DNA of 64,000 bases from Cyanophyceae cyanobacterium (GTDB lineage Bacteria; Cyanobacteriota; Cyanobacteriia; Cyanobacteriales; JBHJGN01). The position numbers and the translations under genes were made by a program. Shown in pieces: positions 51,083-61,217 of the stretch. Each line of letters opens with the position of its first letter. Positions within the stretch are counted from its first letter, which is position 1. The stretch is taken from NCBI GenBank assembly GCA_050331735.1, contig JBHJGN010000008.1, forward strand, positions 1 to 64,000, written 5' to 3'. The notes beneath the pieces were generated by a model that had not been told where the DNA came from, made no database searches, and saw nothing but the letters and a program-made list of their open reading frames with translations.

Positions 51083-51098
51083 TGTACTTCTTACTACA
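51083..51098. promoter_or_regulatory. NtcA box upstream of the NCS2 permease
   Basis: TGTA-CTTCTTAC-TACA, 141 nt upstream of the start codon; no canonical -10 box at 22 nt. Confidence 0.55.
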
Positions 51099-51369
51099 TT
51101 CAAACACAAGATTTTTCTTAAACTTTTTTAAACTCTAGTACTCGTTGCTTAAACCTTGCCACAGCCGTCGTGTTGCAATCGTCCCTCACTCCTTGAATCT
51201 ATATCCAGGTTGGGTTTTGAACGATAGAGGCGATCGCAGAACGATGTCAAAAGAACTGCCCTGCGAGTTAATGTTTTGCCTGCGATCTGGGTAATCTTTA
51301 TTTAGGAGAACCCCGCAGCGTTCGGCTGCATGGGTTCAATCTGTCCATACTCGCTCGCGTTGAGACGAT

Positions 51370-52854
51370 ATGCCTCTTGACTCAAAACCCGATCCTAATT
51401 TTGAAGACCTATTAGGATATCGGGACGGGACAACCATAACGGATTCCAATGCTGATGAAGGTCTGCTAGACCCAGAGGACTTTGATGAAGCTGAATCTGA
51501 CCACCTCCAGCGTAGTCAATCCTGGGCGAATAATCCTTTCGCCAAATTAGGCACCATTGCCGGAGCTACTGCCGTGATATTCATTCTGTTGGGCGTTGTT
51601 TTAACCAGTATTTTTGACAACGGCAACCAGCCTGTGGAGCAACCCATTGTAGGCGTACCGGACACCTCAGAAGAACTAGAGGAGTCAGATGAGCTTTCTT
51701 CTGAAGAGGGTAGACTAAAAACCGCCTTAGCGCTTAGTCGTCAAGCCGAGCAGCTAGAGGATATCGAAATTCTAGAGACTGAATCGGAAGCAGAGGCGCA
51801 GCCCCCCTCAGAATTACCCACGCCACAGCCGCGACCAGTCCCAACCATCCAGCGACCCACGCCGCGACCCGCGCCGCGACCAGCACCACAGCCGGTCCGC
51901 CGCGTAGAACCCCGTATTGAAGTCAGACCGCAGCCGCGTCCTCGGGTTGAGTCAAGAGCGAGTACTCCACAGTCGCGCCCTGCCCCAGCATCTCAACCAG
52001 CAGCGACGGCTCCTACCCCTGCCCCGACTGTCGATCCGGCAGCCGAATGGCAGCGTCTTGCTCAACTCGGCAGCTACGGACAAGGGGCTTTAGCCTCGAA
52101 CTCGACTCGTCCGCAGCGAACGACATCGAGGAGCAGTACCACCCAACCAAGACGAGCTGAGTCGGCTTCAGCCGCCCAACGAAATGCCCGTCAGGAAGCC
52201 CCCATTTTAACCGGACGACCAAATCGGGCGATTCCCCCTGGTACAACGACATCGGGAGTCCTAGAAACTCCGGTGGTTTGGGAAGGACCAGCTCAGCAAC
52301 AGGACAAATTTGTGGTTCGCTTGGATCGTCCCGTAATGGCGGACAATGGAGAACGAGCTTTCCCCAGCGGCACTCAACTGCTCGCAACCGTTTCCTCCGT
52401 CTCTAATAGCGGACTGGTTCAGATGTCGGTTACTCAAGCACTAGTGGAGCAGAACGGGCAACAAACAGCAGTCAGTTTGCCCCCAGGAGCCATCCAGATT
52501 CGCGGACAAAGCGGCGCTCCTCTCATTGCCGAGAAGTTTTTCGATCCTGGTCCGAGCGTTGCTGCCCTGGATACGGGCCTCGCCATTTTGTCGGGCATTG
52601 GTCGTGCTGCCGAACTGATTAACCGTCCCGAGAGAGACATCATCATTACTGACGACGGTATTGTATCTGACTCCGATAATCGCGACCCCGATATTTTGGC
52701 TGGCATGATCGAAGGCGGTGCCAATGTTCTGATCCCAGAAATTGCCGCTCGTAACCGTCGGGCTGTTAACGAAGCCTTGAGCCGAGACAGTCTGTGGACG
52801 ATTGAAGCTGGCACTCCCGTTGAGGTATTTGTCAATCAGAAGATTCGGCTATGA
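51370..52854 (+). CDS. TrbI/VirB10-like protein (cyanobacterial T4SS type)
   Basis: Single TM helix, long Pro-rich linker, beta-rich C-domain (IPPGTTTSGVLETP...FPSGTQL...IEAGTPVEVFVN). Confidence 0.78.
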   Translation: MPLDSKPDPNFEDLLGYRDGTTITDSNADEGLLDPEDFDEAESDHLQRSQSWANNPFAKLGTIAGATAVIFILLGVVLTSIFDNGNQPVEQPIVGVPDTSEELEESDELSSEEGRLKTALALSRQAEQLEDIEILETESEAEAQPPSELPTPQPRPVPTIQRPTPRPAPRPAPQPVRRVEPRIEVRPQPRPRVESRASTPQSRPAPASQPAATAPTPAPTVDPAAEWQRLAQLGSYGQGALASNSTRPQRTTSRSSTTQPRRAESASAAQRNARQEAPILTGRPNRAIPPGTTTSGVLETPVVWEGPAQQQDKFVVRLDRPVMADNGERAFPSGTQLLATVSSVSNSGLVQMSVTQALVEQNGQQTAVSLPPGAIQIRGQSGAPLIAEKFFDPGPSVAALDTGLAILSGIGRAAELINRPERDIIITDDGIVSDSDNRDPDILAGMIEGGANVLIPEIAARNRRAVNEALSRDSLWTIEAGTPVEVFVNQKIRL

Positions 52855-53597
52855 AATGCTTATTTGTGCTAGCAGCAGTTAGTACTCTCCAGTTTGCTGA
52901 GCCTGTTTTGGCTCAGCAGCAAACTCGCTCAGTCTCTCTCGCTCGTCTCCGAGATGGCGAAGTGACCACGGTGACGGTTCATGAAGGCTATGGTTTTAAT
53001 ATCAACTTTATCCCTACAGGAGAAATCATTCGGCGCGTTTGGCTCGATGACCCTTCGAGAGTCACCGTTGATTTTGATGGCGATTTAAACTCCACTGGCG
53101 CTCAGGTGATCCACCTAAAACGAATCGAACCGCTGACCTTTCGCAATCTGCCCCAAACTCCAGCTACGCTGCTATCGGTCGTCACCGAAACGAGAGCCGG
53201 ACAAAGAAACCTCTACCAGTTCCGCCTCACCTATGGGTCTGGAATTCCAGAATATTCCGCGCTCACGCTCTACCCCGAATCTCGCAGTACGCCGCTGATT
53301 GATGTCGGGATGCTCGGCATTCAGGCCACTTTAGAAGATGTCGCTACTGGCCGAAGGATTGTCCAAGAACAAGGACTACTGAAGCGCTCAGATCCTCTCT
53401 GGGATCGCATCCAGGAATTTATCACCCTCGCCCGCAACGGCGAGTCGATTGTTGATGCTGCCGAACGCGCTGGCGTGTCGATGGCAATTGTCAGAAAGCT
53501 TGCCCACAATGGCTTAGAACAGCGCCTCTCTCAGCAATACCGTCCTCTAGACCCCGATCCGGCAACGAGTAATGTGGAGCCCTCAAGCGAGAATTAG
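52851..53597 (+). CDS. Exported protein, putative VirB9-like partner
   Basis: Signal peptide; GFNINFIPTGEIIRRVWLDDPSRVTVDFDG; ATGA overlap with the VirB10-like gene. Confidence 0.6.
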   Translation: MKCLFVLAAVSTLQFAEPVLAQQQTRSVSLARLRDGEVTTVTVHEGYGFNINFIPTGEIIRRVWLDDPSRVTVDFDGDLNSTGAQVIHLKRIEPLTFRNLPQTPATLLSVVTETRAGQRNLYQFRLTYGSGIPEYSALTLYPESRSTPLIDVGMLGIQATLEDVATGRRIVQEQGLLKRSDPLWDRIQEFITLARNGESIVDAAERAGVSMAIVRKLAHNGLEQRLSQQYRPLDPDPATSNVEPSSEN

Positions 53598-54843
53598 AAT
53601 CATTGGCCTGTTTTTATGTTCCTGCCTGTGCATCATTGGCATTGCTTATGCAACCCAGGTCAAAGCTGGAGTCGATCCGGCGAGAAGACAGACCTGTGCC
53701 GTTAGTACTCCCGCAGGCAGTTTCGAGATCCCAGATATTAGCCAGTGGTCAGCGGAGGATTTTGGGGAGTTTGCCGAAGCCGTCGCGATTGAGGAAGCAT
53801 CAGCAACGGCCAAACAGCAGCTCGGTTTTGACCCGGCTGGCGTGTATCATTCATTTAAAGAGCTTAAGCTCGGGTTTCTGTCTTCTTTAGGGGTTGAGCA
53901 GGCAAGTCTGAGGGGAATTGGCGATCGCACCGGGCTTCCGGTAGAGTCTCAGAGTCTTGAAGCTTCTGGAGAATTAATCAAAAAGCAAACCCTGGAGAGT
54001 CTTGCCGATAGAGATTCCGGGGCCATTCTAGGTTTAGCAGATATCCCCGTTCAAGATGTTCTGCCAATTGCGGATTTTCTCTCCCAAGCAGGAATTAGCT
54101 TTTCCTCCAGCACGACGATCCAGGATGTGATCGATGGGGGGTTTGGAGCTTTGAGCTTAGAATCAATTTCTCTAGCCGGGTACAGCATCGGCGACCTTCC
54201 TGGCTTAGCAGAGACGGCCCTCGGCTACTTCCAAAATTACCAGGATGTCCCCATTAGCGAGATTACCAATCTCTCGGAACTGCGCTTGGGAGATTATCCC
54301 TACGGAGATCTGTTGCAGCTCAACGGCGTTATTTCGCGAGCAGATTTAGTGTTTGGCGAAGCCGAAAATCAAATTGTCGATCGAGTGGTTTCTGGTAGCG
54401 TCACTGGACGAGATGGGATTGATTTATCAGCGGTTCCCTGCGACGGCTCTGGCTGTCATCACGTTGAATTGGGCGACTTGTTCGACTTAGAGCTGCCAGA
54501 ACTGAGTGTAGACTGTGGAGGATTGAACGTCAGTACTCCATTCCAAAGTTGGTTAGGCGATCGCTGGATCGGCAAAAATCAGCTAGTCACTGGAGGAGTG
54601 CCGCCCTACTGCCTGCTTCCCATCGTTCAAGAACCAACCGGGCGACCGTTTGTCGGAGACTTCAAAATGGTGCTGGTTTCCTTTGACGAAGCCGCCGCTC
54701 AAGCGAACGTCATGCTGTACATGCGGTTTTGCTGTCGGGGACTAGTCGATTTAGGCTGTACGCCCTACTTTATTCCCACAGGCATTACCTGGCCAATTAC
54801 AGAAGAAGGCATTATTTTCTTGGGTCCAGGTGGAAAAGGTTAA
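53572..54843 (+). CDS. Exported Cys-rich protein of cyanobacterial conjugation-type clusters
   Basis: Signal peptide; short LxDIP-like repeats; CHHVEL, EPTGR, GCTPYFI. Confidence 0.6.
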   Translation: MWSPQARIRIIGLFLCSCLCIIGIAYATQVKAGVDPARRQTCAVSTPAGSFEIPDISQWSAEDFGEFAEAVAIEEASATAKQQLGFDPAGVYHSFKELKLGFLSSLGVEQASLRGIGDRTGLPVESQSLEASGELIKKQTLESLADRDSGAILGLADIPVQDVLPIADFLSQAGISFSSSTTIQDVIDGGFGALSLESISLAGYSIGDLPGLAETALGYFQNYQDVPISEITNLSELRLGDYPYGDLLQLNGVISRADLVFGEAENQIVDRVVSGSVTGRDGIDLSAVPCDGSGCHHVELGDLFDLELPELSVDCGGLNVSTPFQSWLGDRWIGKNQLVTGGVPPYCLLPIVQEPTGRPFVGDFKMVLVSFDEAAAQANVMLYMRFCCRGLVDLGCTPYFIPTGITWPITEEGIIFLGPGGKG

Positions 54844-54887
54844 CACAGTGATGTCATTGAACTTATTTGCCAGTTTCACTTGTCCAA

Positions 54888-55160
54888 TTACGGGGGCGAT
54901 CGCAGCAAGCCCACTACTACATTCAACAGCCCATCCAAAAATCGTTTCCCAAAAACCGCTGATAGCGCTCCACAAACTATGGGCGCTAATGCAAACATTT
55001 CGATCATGGTTGCGTTCCACTCGATGGGATAAAACATTAAGAACATAGCATAGAAATAAACAAGTGGCAGAACTAAACCACCAAATGCGACCCCGATTAA
55101 GAAACGATATGCAATCGTAGTCAGGGACTGTTCTTGTTGGCTATTATCTTCACATGGCAT
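54888..55160 (-). CDS. Small two-TM hypothetical protein
   Basis: Two hydrophobic helices followed by FGKRFLD. Confidence 0.55.
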   Translation of the reverse strand: MPCEDNSQQEQSLTTIAYRFLIGVAFGGLVLPLVYFYAMFLMFYPIEWNATMIEMFALAPIVCGALSAVFGKRFLDGLLNVVVGLLRSPP

Positions 55161-55228
55161 ATCTAGAAACTTTTAGCAATAGTTCTTAACCCTAAGCTTG
55201 CTTAAAGCGCATAAATAGTATACCAATC

Positions 55229-55792
55229 CTATATCTCGTTAGCGCTGATAGTTCGCCGGATGATCGACAGTGAATGAGTCTTTTGACCGAACTGCCGGGG
55301 TGGTGCTTGGCGGATGACCTCGAAACCCATTCTTTTCCACAAGCGCAACACTTTAATATTCTCCTCGACGACAGACCCCATGATGTACTGTATCCCGTGT
55401 GATGCTACCCAGCGCTCAAGTTCCTGGGCGAGAGGATTGAGTAACCCTTGACCACGATACTCTGGTGCCAGCATAATGAGCCCTATCCACCAAGTTTCAT
55501 CATCGGGATAGCCACGAATGGACTCAATCAAACCGATGAGTTCATTCTGAGGAGTGAAGAGGCCAAGCATAAATTTATCGTCTAACCGTTTCCCATCCGG
55601 CACAGCAAAAAATTCTTCGTGGGCGGCTGTCGGCGAGGGTGGCTGTCCATCAACGAGATACGAGAAATCAGCACACTTTTCATAAAGCTGCTGGAGATCA
55701 TCTGCATCGCTCGGTTTGAGGCTTTTTACCAAGTATCCAGATTTAACGGCAAATTTCATGGCTACTGTCCTGCTAACGCTAGTAATTTTCAA
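55229..55792 (-). CDS. GNAT-family N-acetyltransferase
   Basis: WIGLIMLAPEYRGQG; N...LRLWKRMGF. Confidence 0.88.
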   Translation of the reverse strand: MKITSVSRTVAMKFAVKSGYLVKSLKPSDADDLQQLYEKCADFSYLVDGQPPSPTAAHEEFFAVPDGKRLDDKFMLGLFTPQNELIGLIESIRGYPDDETWWIGLIMLAPEYRGQGLLNPLAQELERWVASHGIQYIMGSVVEENIKVLRLWKRMGFEVIRQAPPRQFGQKTHSLSIIRRTISANEI

Positions 55793-55945
55793 GTTTTACG
55801 GACACTTCTGTTGGGTAAGAGAGCATAGCATCGGAAATTTCCCACTGCCGAAACCCTTCCTATTAACCACATCAAAGCTGTCAACTGTATACTGTCATCA
55901 AATGACCTACTCATGACTCTGTTCATCTATTGCACAGATAAACTA

Positions 55946-56383
55946 ATGATTCGAGATCGAGGAATTTGGCTCCAGCGCCGAGATATTGTGATAGCCTACA
56001 CTCTTCTAAGAATTGTTTTAGGCATCAACTACTTCAATCACGGATTTACCCGCATGGGCAATATACCGGGATTTGCGCAATCAATGGTGGATCTGTTTCA
56101 AGATACCTTTGTCCCGGAAGCATTAGTGAGAGCGCCAGCTTATTTAGTCCCACCCGTCGAACTTATTGGCGGACTACTCTTAACCCTAGGACTCGTTACC
56201 CAAGTGGCGCTCGTTACTCTGTTTGGCTTGATGATTGTGCTGATGTATGGGGTAACGCTGCTGCAAAACTGGGATGCAGCATCCTCGCAGCTTATCTACT
56301 GTTTGGTGCTGTTTATTCTGCTGGCGGGCAATAGCTTTAATACTTTTTCAATAGACAGTTTGTTTCACCGTCGAAAACCCTAG
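55946..56383 (+). CDS. DoxX-family membrane protein
   Basis: LLRIVLGINYFNHG; ELIGGLLLTLGL; FSID. Confidence 0.85.
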   Translation: MIRDRGIWLQRRDIVIAYTLLRIVLGINYFNHGFTRMGNIPGFAQSMVDLFQDTFVPEALVRAPAYLVPPVELIGGLLLTLGLVTQVALVTLFGLMIVLMYGVTLLQNWDAASSQLIYCLVLFILLAGNSFNTFSIDSLFHRRKP

Positions 56384-56402
56384 CATCTGGGATTAATTGA
56401 GA

Positions 56403-57362
56403 CTATTCAGTTTTAGGCTTCCTCAGACCTAATCTTTCAGCAAGATTTTTAATGGTGTCTTTGGGAAACCAAACCATAAAGATGTTTCCCCGGTCAAGAA
56501 CCACCAGGTTCCACAGATATCCGTAACCGGGAAACTGTCTTAATATCGACATTTCCGCCAACACGTAGCGGCGATTTTTGCGCGGGTGGTTGGGGGGATT
56601 ATCTTCGGTGCGGAGTTGTTCTGGTAACGGAAGCCAGTGACCCGCGATTTTCCCCGGCTCAAAAAATCTGGACTGTACCGATAACCCCATCAGTCGGTCA
56701 GCCGTCCAGAACGGAACGTACTTGAAAGGACCAAAGAGCGTAAACGTGGGGACAACTCCTGTGAGCGCCTCCTGAACCAGTTCGTTTTTCCAAACTTTTT
56801 TATCAAAGTTTTCTTGATGGGGTCCATTGTGATCTCTGCGTCCCCGAAAAAGAGCGAGCCAGTCTACTCGATTGTCTAAAGGAGTAATCGGGATTTCTCG
56901 CATCGTTTGGTCTTTTTCGGCTTCGGAATAGGCTTTTTCGGCGTTCCGCTTTCTGACGTTGATATCTTTAAACGAACGCAGAGATCCCCAAGGCTTATCA
57001 ATAGGTGCGTCTCCAAAGGGAAACATTGCTTGTTTTAAGCGGAAAAAGTAGCTATCTGGATAGGTGCTGAAGTAATCCTCGGCAATGGCAATGATGTGGG
57101 GATGCAGATACTCATCGCAGTTAACCGAAAGCACATATTTCCCAGCGGCGTTGAGTAGCGCCGTCACTCTTTGAATGACTTCTCCGCGCAGCGGACTAGC
57201 GATTTGACGCAGGCGAGAATCGGCGATCGCCATAAACGGCACACTCGGCGGATATACTAAAATGAACTCCACCTCACCTTGAACTTTCAAGAGTTCTTGG
57301 AGCCATGACTCTTGAACCCCTTCCCTCATGGGAATCACTATAGACAGCTTAGGCTTTGTCAT
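56403..57362 (-). CDS. Glycosyltransferase family 2-like protein
   Basis: KLSIVIP N-terminus; AAGKYVLSVNCDE (DxD-like). Confidence 0.65.
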   Translation of the reverse strand: MTKPKLSIVIPMREGVQESWLQELLKVQGEVEFILVYPPSVPFMAIADSRLRQIASPLRGEVIQRVTALLNAAGKYVLSVNCDEYLHPHIIAIAEDYFSTYPDSYFFRLKQAMFPFGDAPIDKPWGSLRSFKDINVRKRNAEKAYSEAEKDQTMREIPITPLDNRVDWLALFRGRRDHNGPHQENFDKKVWKNELVQEALTGVVPTFTLFGPFKYVPFWTADRLMGLSVQSRFFEPGKIAGHWLPLPEQLRTEDNPPNHPRKNRRYVLAEMSILRQFPGYGYLWNLVVLDRGNIFMVWFPKDTIKNLAERLGLRKPKTE

Positions 57363-57749
57363 TTGTTCAACAGCACGAGGGCACTCTAGTACATAGAATA
57401 GCAAGTTTTTTTCCGGGTTTAGGCCACCTTATTTCACCCGATGCCTTACTAGATGGAGTTTTGGCCTTTAAACCATCGGTAATTGTGACCTCAGCTCTGG
57501 CATTTTAAACACCTGCATAACGGCGGCCAAAGCTAATTACTGATTTCTACTCTTCGGTAGAACAATAGCCACAAAATCTTACCTATCATAATGAACGGGA
57601 TTTGATTAAAAAATCTCAAAAGTGCTCTTCTATCTACAGGTTATGGCGATTTTGGCTGGCTCAGGAGCAAGCAAAAGCCACTCCATTGCTAGTTACAGAG
57701 CGCCCAATGGCTATACGAAGAGGCTTAACAAATATTGCAGGAGATAGAT

Positions 57750-58553
57750 ATGGATTTTGGAATTAAAGGGAAGGTGGCCGTGATTACCGGAGGAGATTCT
57801 GGGATCGGTCAAGCAACCGCTAAACTGCTAGCAGCCGAAGGAGTTAAAATTGCTCTCCTCGACAAAACGAAAGACCAGCTTAAAGAAACCGTCGAGGAAG
57901 TGAACAAAATTGGCGAAGCCTTTCCGGTACAGGCAGATTTGACCAAAATAGAAGAAGTGGAAGCTGCTAAACAACAGGTTCTCGAGCGGTTTGGTTCTGT
58001 CAATATCCTCGTCAACGCCGCTGGCATTACTGGTGCGACTAAAGAGTTTTTGGAGCTAACTGACGAAGACTGGATGGAAACGCTTCAGGTCGATTTTATG
58101 GCGGCTGTCCGCATCTGTCGCGCCTTTATTCCTGCGATGCGCGATGCTGGCTGGGGACGGATTATTTTGATCAGTTCTGAAGATGCCGTGCAGCCGTACA
58201 CCGATGAAATGCCCTACTGTGCAGCAAAAGCCGCCGTCATTAACCTGGCGAAAAATCTCTCCAAGGCTTATGCACAAGATGGCATTCTTGTCAATACTGT
58301 CTCTCCGGCTTTTATCGCCACTCCGATGACAGACAAAATGATGGAGCAGCGCTCGCAAAAACTCGGCGTTGGCTTTGACGATGCCATCAGCAGCTTCTTA
58401 GAGAAAAAGCGTCCTCACCTCGTCCTCAAGCGGCGCGGCAAAGCTCAGGAGGTAGCTGCGGTCATTGCTTTCTTGTGCTCAGAGCAGGCTAGCTTCGTTG
58501 TCGGCTCGAATTACCGCGTGGATGGCGGCTCCGTTGGCAGCATCAGCCTGTAA
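57750..58553 (+). CDS. SDR-family oxidoreductase
   Basis: TGGDSGIG, NAAG, YCAAK, VDGG. Confidence 0.93.
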   Translation: MDFGIKGKVAVITGGDSGIGQATAKLLAAEGVKIALLDKTKDQLKETVEEVNKIGEAFPVQADLTKIEEVEAAKQQVLERFGSVNILVNAAGITGATKEFLELTDEDWMETLQVDFMAAVRICRAFIPAMRDAGWGRIILISSEDAVQPYTDEMPYCAAKAAVINLAKNLSKAYAQDGILVNTVSPAFIATPMTDKMMEQRSQKLGVGFDDAISSFLEKKRPHLVLKRRGKAQEVAAVIAFLCSEQASFVVGSNYRVDGGSVGSISL

Positions 58554-58832
58554 TCGAGTGATGGGTTGATAGGCACTGCTGATGGCGCTGGGGAAGACTC
58601 TCGCGCTCTAAACGGCTTACGCTCTCGGTGAGAGTGATTTAAGCAGCGCTCATTTGCTCTCACCTCGCTAGGGGAAACGGACGCTCGCATTTCGGGGGGT
58701 AGAGTGAGACACAGACTCAAGGCTATCGGTAGCTGGGATGTAGTTTGCGTTAATTGTTAATTTAGTAGTGAGTTTCCCCCAGCACCCGCTCAGCTACCGA
58801 CCAATCCTTTAACTGACCCCAAACACCTACAG

Positions 58833-60755
58833 ATGATCAGCAATCCCAACCCGAAGACCCAATCGGTAGAATCGGCCACACCAGAGGGGAATAAATTACT
58901 GGCAACCGTTGCTCTGCAAACGAGAAGCTCCCTGAATCTAGAAGAAATCTTGGAAACAACAGCAGCAGAAGTCAGAAAACTGCTGCAAACAGACAGAGTG
59001 GTTGTTTATCGTCTGTATGATAACGGTCGGGGTCGCGTTGTTGTCGAGTCTGTTGACGACCGCTGGATGTCAATTCTAAATTGCAATGTTGAGGATAACT
59101 GCTTTGTTAATGAATGGGGCGATAAATTTAAGCAGGGCGAAGTCACGGCTAATAGCGATATTGACGAGGGGATATCTCCCTGTCATGCAGAACTGCTCAA
59201 GAGTCTTCAGGTCAGGGCGAATTTAGCAGTACCGCTGCTTCAGGGCGAGAAGCTTTGGGGGTTGCTGATTGCTCACCACTGCTCTAAACCGCGACAGTGG
59301 CAAAAGGCAGAAATTGAAATCTTGCAAAGGCTTGCTGTCCAGGTAGCGATCGCGCTTCAGCAAGCCGAACTTTATCAGCAAGCTCGTTTAGAAGTGGAAC
59401 GGTTTAAGCGCCTCGAAAAACACTTAAGAAGAGTCAATCGTTCAGTGAAAGCTTTGAGCGACTGCAACCAAGCCGTTATTAAAGCCACTAACGTTACTGA
59501 ACTGCTGCACAAGATCAGCCAGATTCTGGTTGAAGTCGGGGGATACTGTTTAGCCTGGGCGTGTGTTGAAAACGAATGTCTCGATTCGCGAGGAACCATT
59601 AAAGAGCTAGAGAAGAACCGTTGCTGTCAGGATGTCACCAAGCTGTCAGAGGCAAGAAAACCTCACGAGCTTGAGGTTATTCAAAATCTGGAAACAGAAT
59701 TGCCCAGGACCGATTGGAGTCGCACAATGTCGGCAGAAGGCTGTCAAGCATTCGCCACGGTGCCTCTCAAGGTCGGCGATCGCCGGTTGGGCACGCTAAC
59801 CATTGGCGCACCCGAACCAAACGTGTTTGATGAGGCCGAAATCGAACTCCTGAGCGAGCTAGCCGACAACATCGCCTACGGAATCGCGGCGATTGAAGCG
59901 CGGATGGCTCTCGAAAAAACCAATGAAGTGCTCGAACAAAAGGTCCAAGAGCGTACCGCCGAGTTACAACAGGCCAATCAGCAACTTCAGCTTAAGGTAG
60001 AAGAACAAAAGCGCACCGCCGCTGAATTGAGAAATTTTGCTCAAAGGGTAGAGCAGTCCAACCGCGAACTTCAAGATTTTGCCTACATAGCGTCTCACGA
60101 TCTCCAAGAACCCCTACGGAAAATTGCGGCCTTTGGCGATCGCCTGATGACTAAGTACGGGCATCTTTTGCCCCAACAAGGAGTTGATTATTTAGAACGA
60201 ATGCAGAGTGCCGCTCGCCGCATGCATAAGTTAATCAATAATCTCCTCGATTTTTCGCGAATTACAACGAAAGCCAAACCCTTTACTGCTGTTGATTTGA
60301 ACAAGGTTATACAAGAAGTCCTGCTCGATCTAGAAATACAAATAGCCAGAACAGGAGGAACAGTCAAGGTAGATCAACTGGCTACCATTGAAGCTGACTC
60401 TTCTCAGATGTACCGACTGCTGCAAAACCTGCTCAGCAATGCTTTAAAGTACAGTCGTCCCGACGAACCGCCTCGGGTTAGGATTCGCGGTCACCAACTG
60501 AACGAACAGTATCAAATTTTCGTAGAAGACAACGGTATTGGCTTTGATGAAAAGTATTTAGATAAAATCTTCACTATTTTCCAGCGTCTTCACGACCGCA
60601 CCACCTACGAAGGAACAGGAATTGGGTTAGCGATTTGCCGCAAAATCACGGAGCGCCACGGAGGAACCATCACCGCCAGGAGTCAACCTAGCCAAGGCGC
60701 AACATTTATTGTTACTTTACCCATTAAACAGTCACTGATTGAGATTAATGAGTAG
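58833..60755 (+). CDS. Cyanobacteriochrome (DXCF-type GAF) sensor histidine kinase
   Basis: GAF1 has DRVVVYR, DNCF, PCH and LWGLLIAHHC; a second GAF follows; ASHDLQEPLRK H-box; HATPase boxes. Confidence 0.88.
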   Translation: MISNPNPKTQSVESATPEGNKLLATVALQTRSSLNLEEILETTAAEVRKLLQTDRVVVYRLYDNGRGRVVVESVDDRWMSILNCNVEDNCFVNEWGDKFKQGEVTANSDIDEGISPCHAELLKSLQVRANLAVPLLQGEKLWGLLIAHHCSKPRQWQKAEIEILQRLAVQVAIALQQAELYQQARLEVERFKRLEKHLRRVNRSVKALSDCNQAVIKATNVTELLHKISQILVEVGGYCLAWACVENECLDSRGTIKELEKNRCCQDVTKLSEARKPHELEVIQNLETELPRTDWSRTMSAEGCQAFATVPLKVGDRRLGTLTIGAPEPNVFDEAEIELLSELADNIAYGIAAIEARMALEKTNEVLEQKVQERTAELQQANQQLQLKVEEQKRTAAELRNFAQRVEQSNRELQDFAYIASHDLQEPLRKIAAFGDRLMTKYGHLLPQQGVDYLERMQSAARRMHKLINNLLDFSRITTKAKPFTAVDLNKVIQEVLLDLEIQIARTGGTVKVDQLATIEADSSQMYRLLQNLLSNALKYSRPDEPPRVRIRGHQLNEQYQIFVEDNGIGFDEKYLDKIFTIFQRLHDRTTYEGTGIGLAICRKITERHGGTITARSQPSQGATFIVTLPIKQSLIEINE

Positions 60756-61194
60756 AAAGCAGATGATTATTTTAGTCGCCGATGACGATGAAGACGACCG
60801 CCTCTTAATGCAGGATGCGGTAGATGAGGGCAACTTAGCGATCGCCCTGCACTTTGTCGAAAATGGCGAAGAACTGTTAGACTACCTGTATCGCCGGGAA
60901 CAGTACAGCGACGTGGCCCGGTCGCCATTGCCCGATCTCATTTTACTAGATCTCAACATGCCCAAAAAAGACGGGCGCGAGACACTAGCAGAAATTAAAG
61001 CCAACAGTGACTTTCGGCAGATTCCGGTGGTCATTCTGACGACTTCAAAAACCGCAGAAGATATCCACCGCAGCTATAAATCGGGAGGAAATTCCTTTAT
61101 TACTAAACCGGTTAGCTTTGAAGGGCTGGTAGAAGTCATGAAAACGCTCGGAGAGTACTGGTTTGACGTGGTGGAGCTACCGCAGAAAAATTAG
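60748..61194 (+). CDS. Single-domain response regulator (Rcp1-like)
   Basis: ADDDEDD, LLDLNMPKKDG, LTTS, FITKP; overlaps the kinase stop codon. Confidence 0.92.
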   Translation: MSRKQMIILVADDDEDDRLLMQDAVDEGNLAIALHFVENGEELLDYLYRREQYSDVARSPLPDLILLDLNMPKKDGRETLAEIKANSDFRQIPVVILTTSKTAEDIHRSYKSGGNSFITKPVSFEGLVEVMKTLGEYWFDVVELPQKN

Positions 61195-61217
61195 AGTTCC
61201 GACGAATCAATGCAGGG

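Noticed and set aside
51830..51960. CCGCGACC tandem repeats
   Set aside because: They encode the Pro/Arg-rich linker of the VirB10-like protein.
23205..57650. Shared CT-N3-AG-type motif upstream of several putative stress genes (near 23210, 44040, 57545, 57630)
   Set aside because: Too short and degenerate to distinguish from chance without motif statistics.
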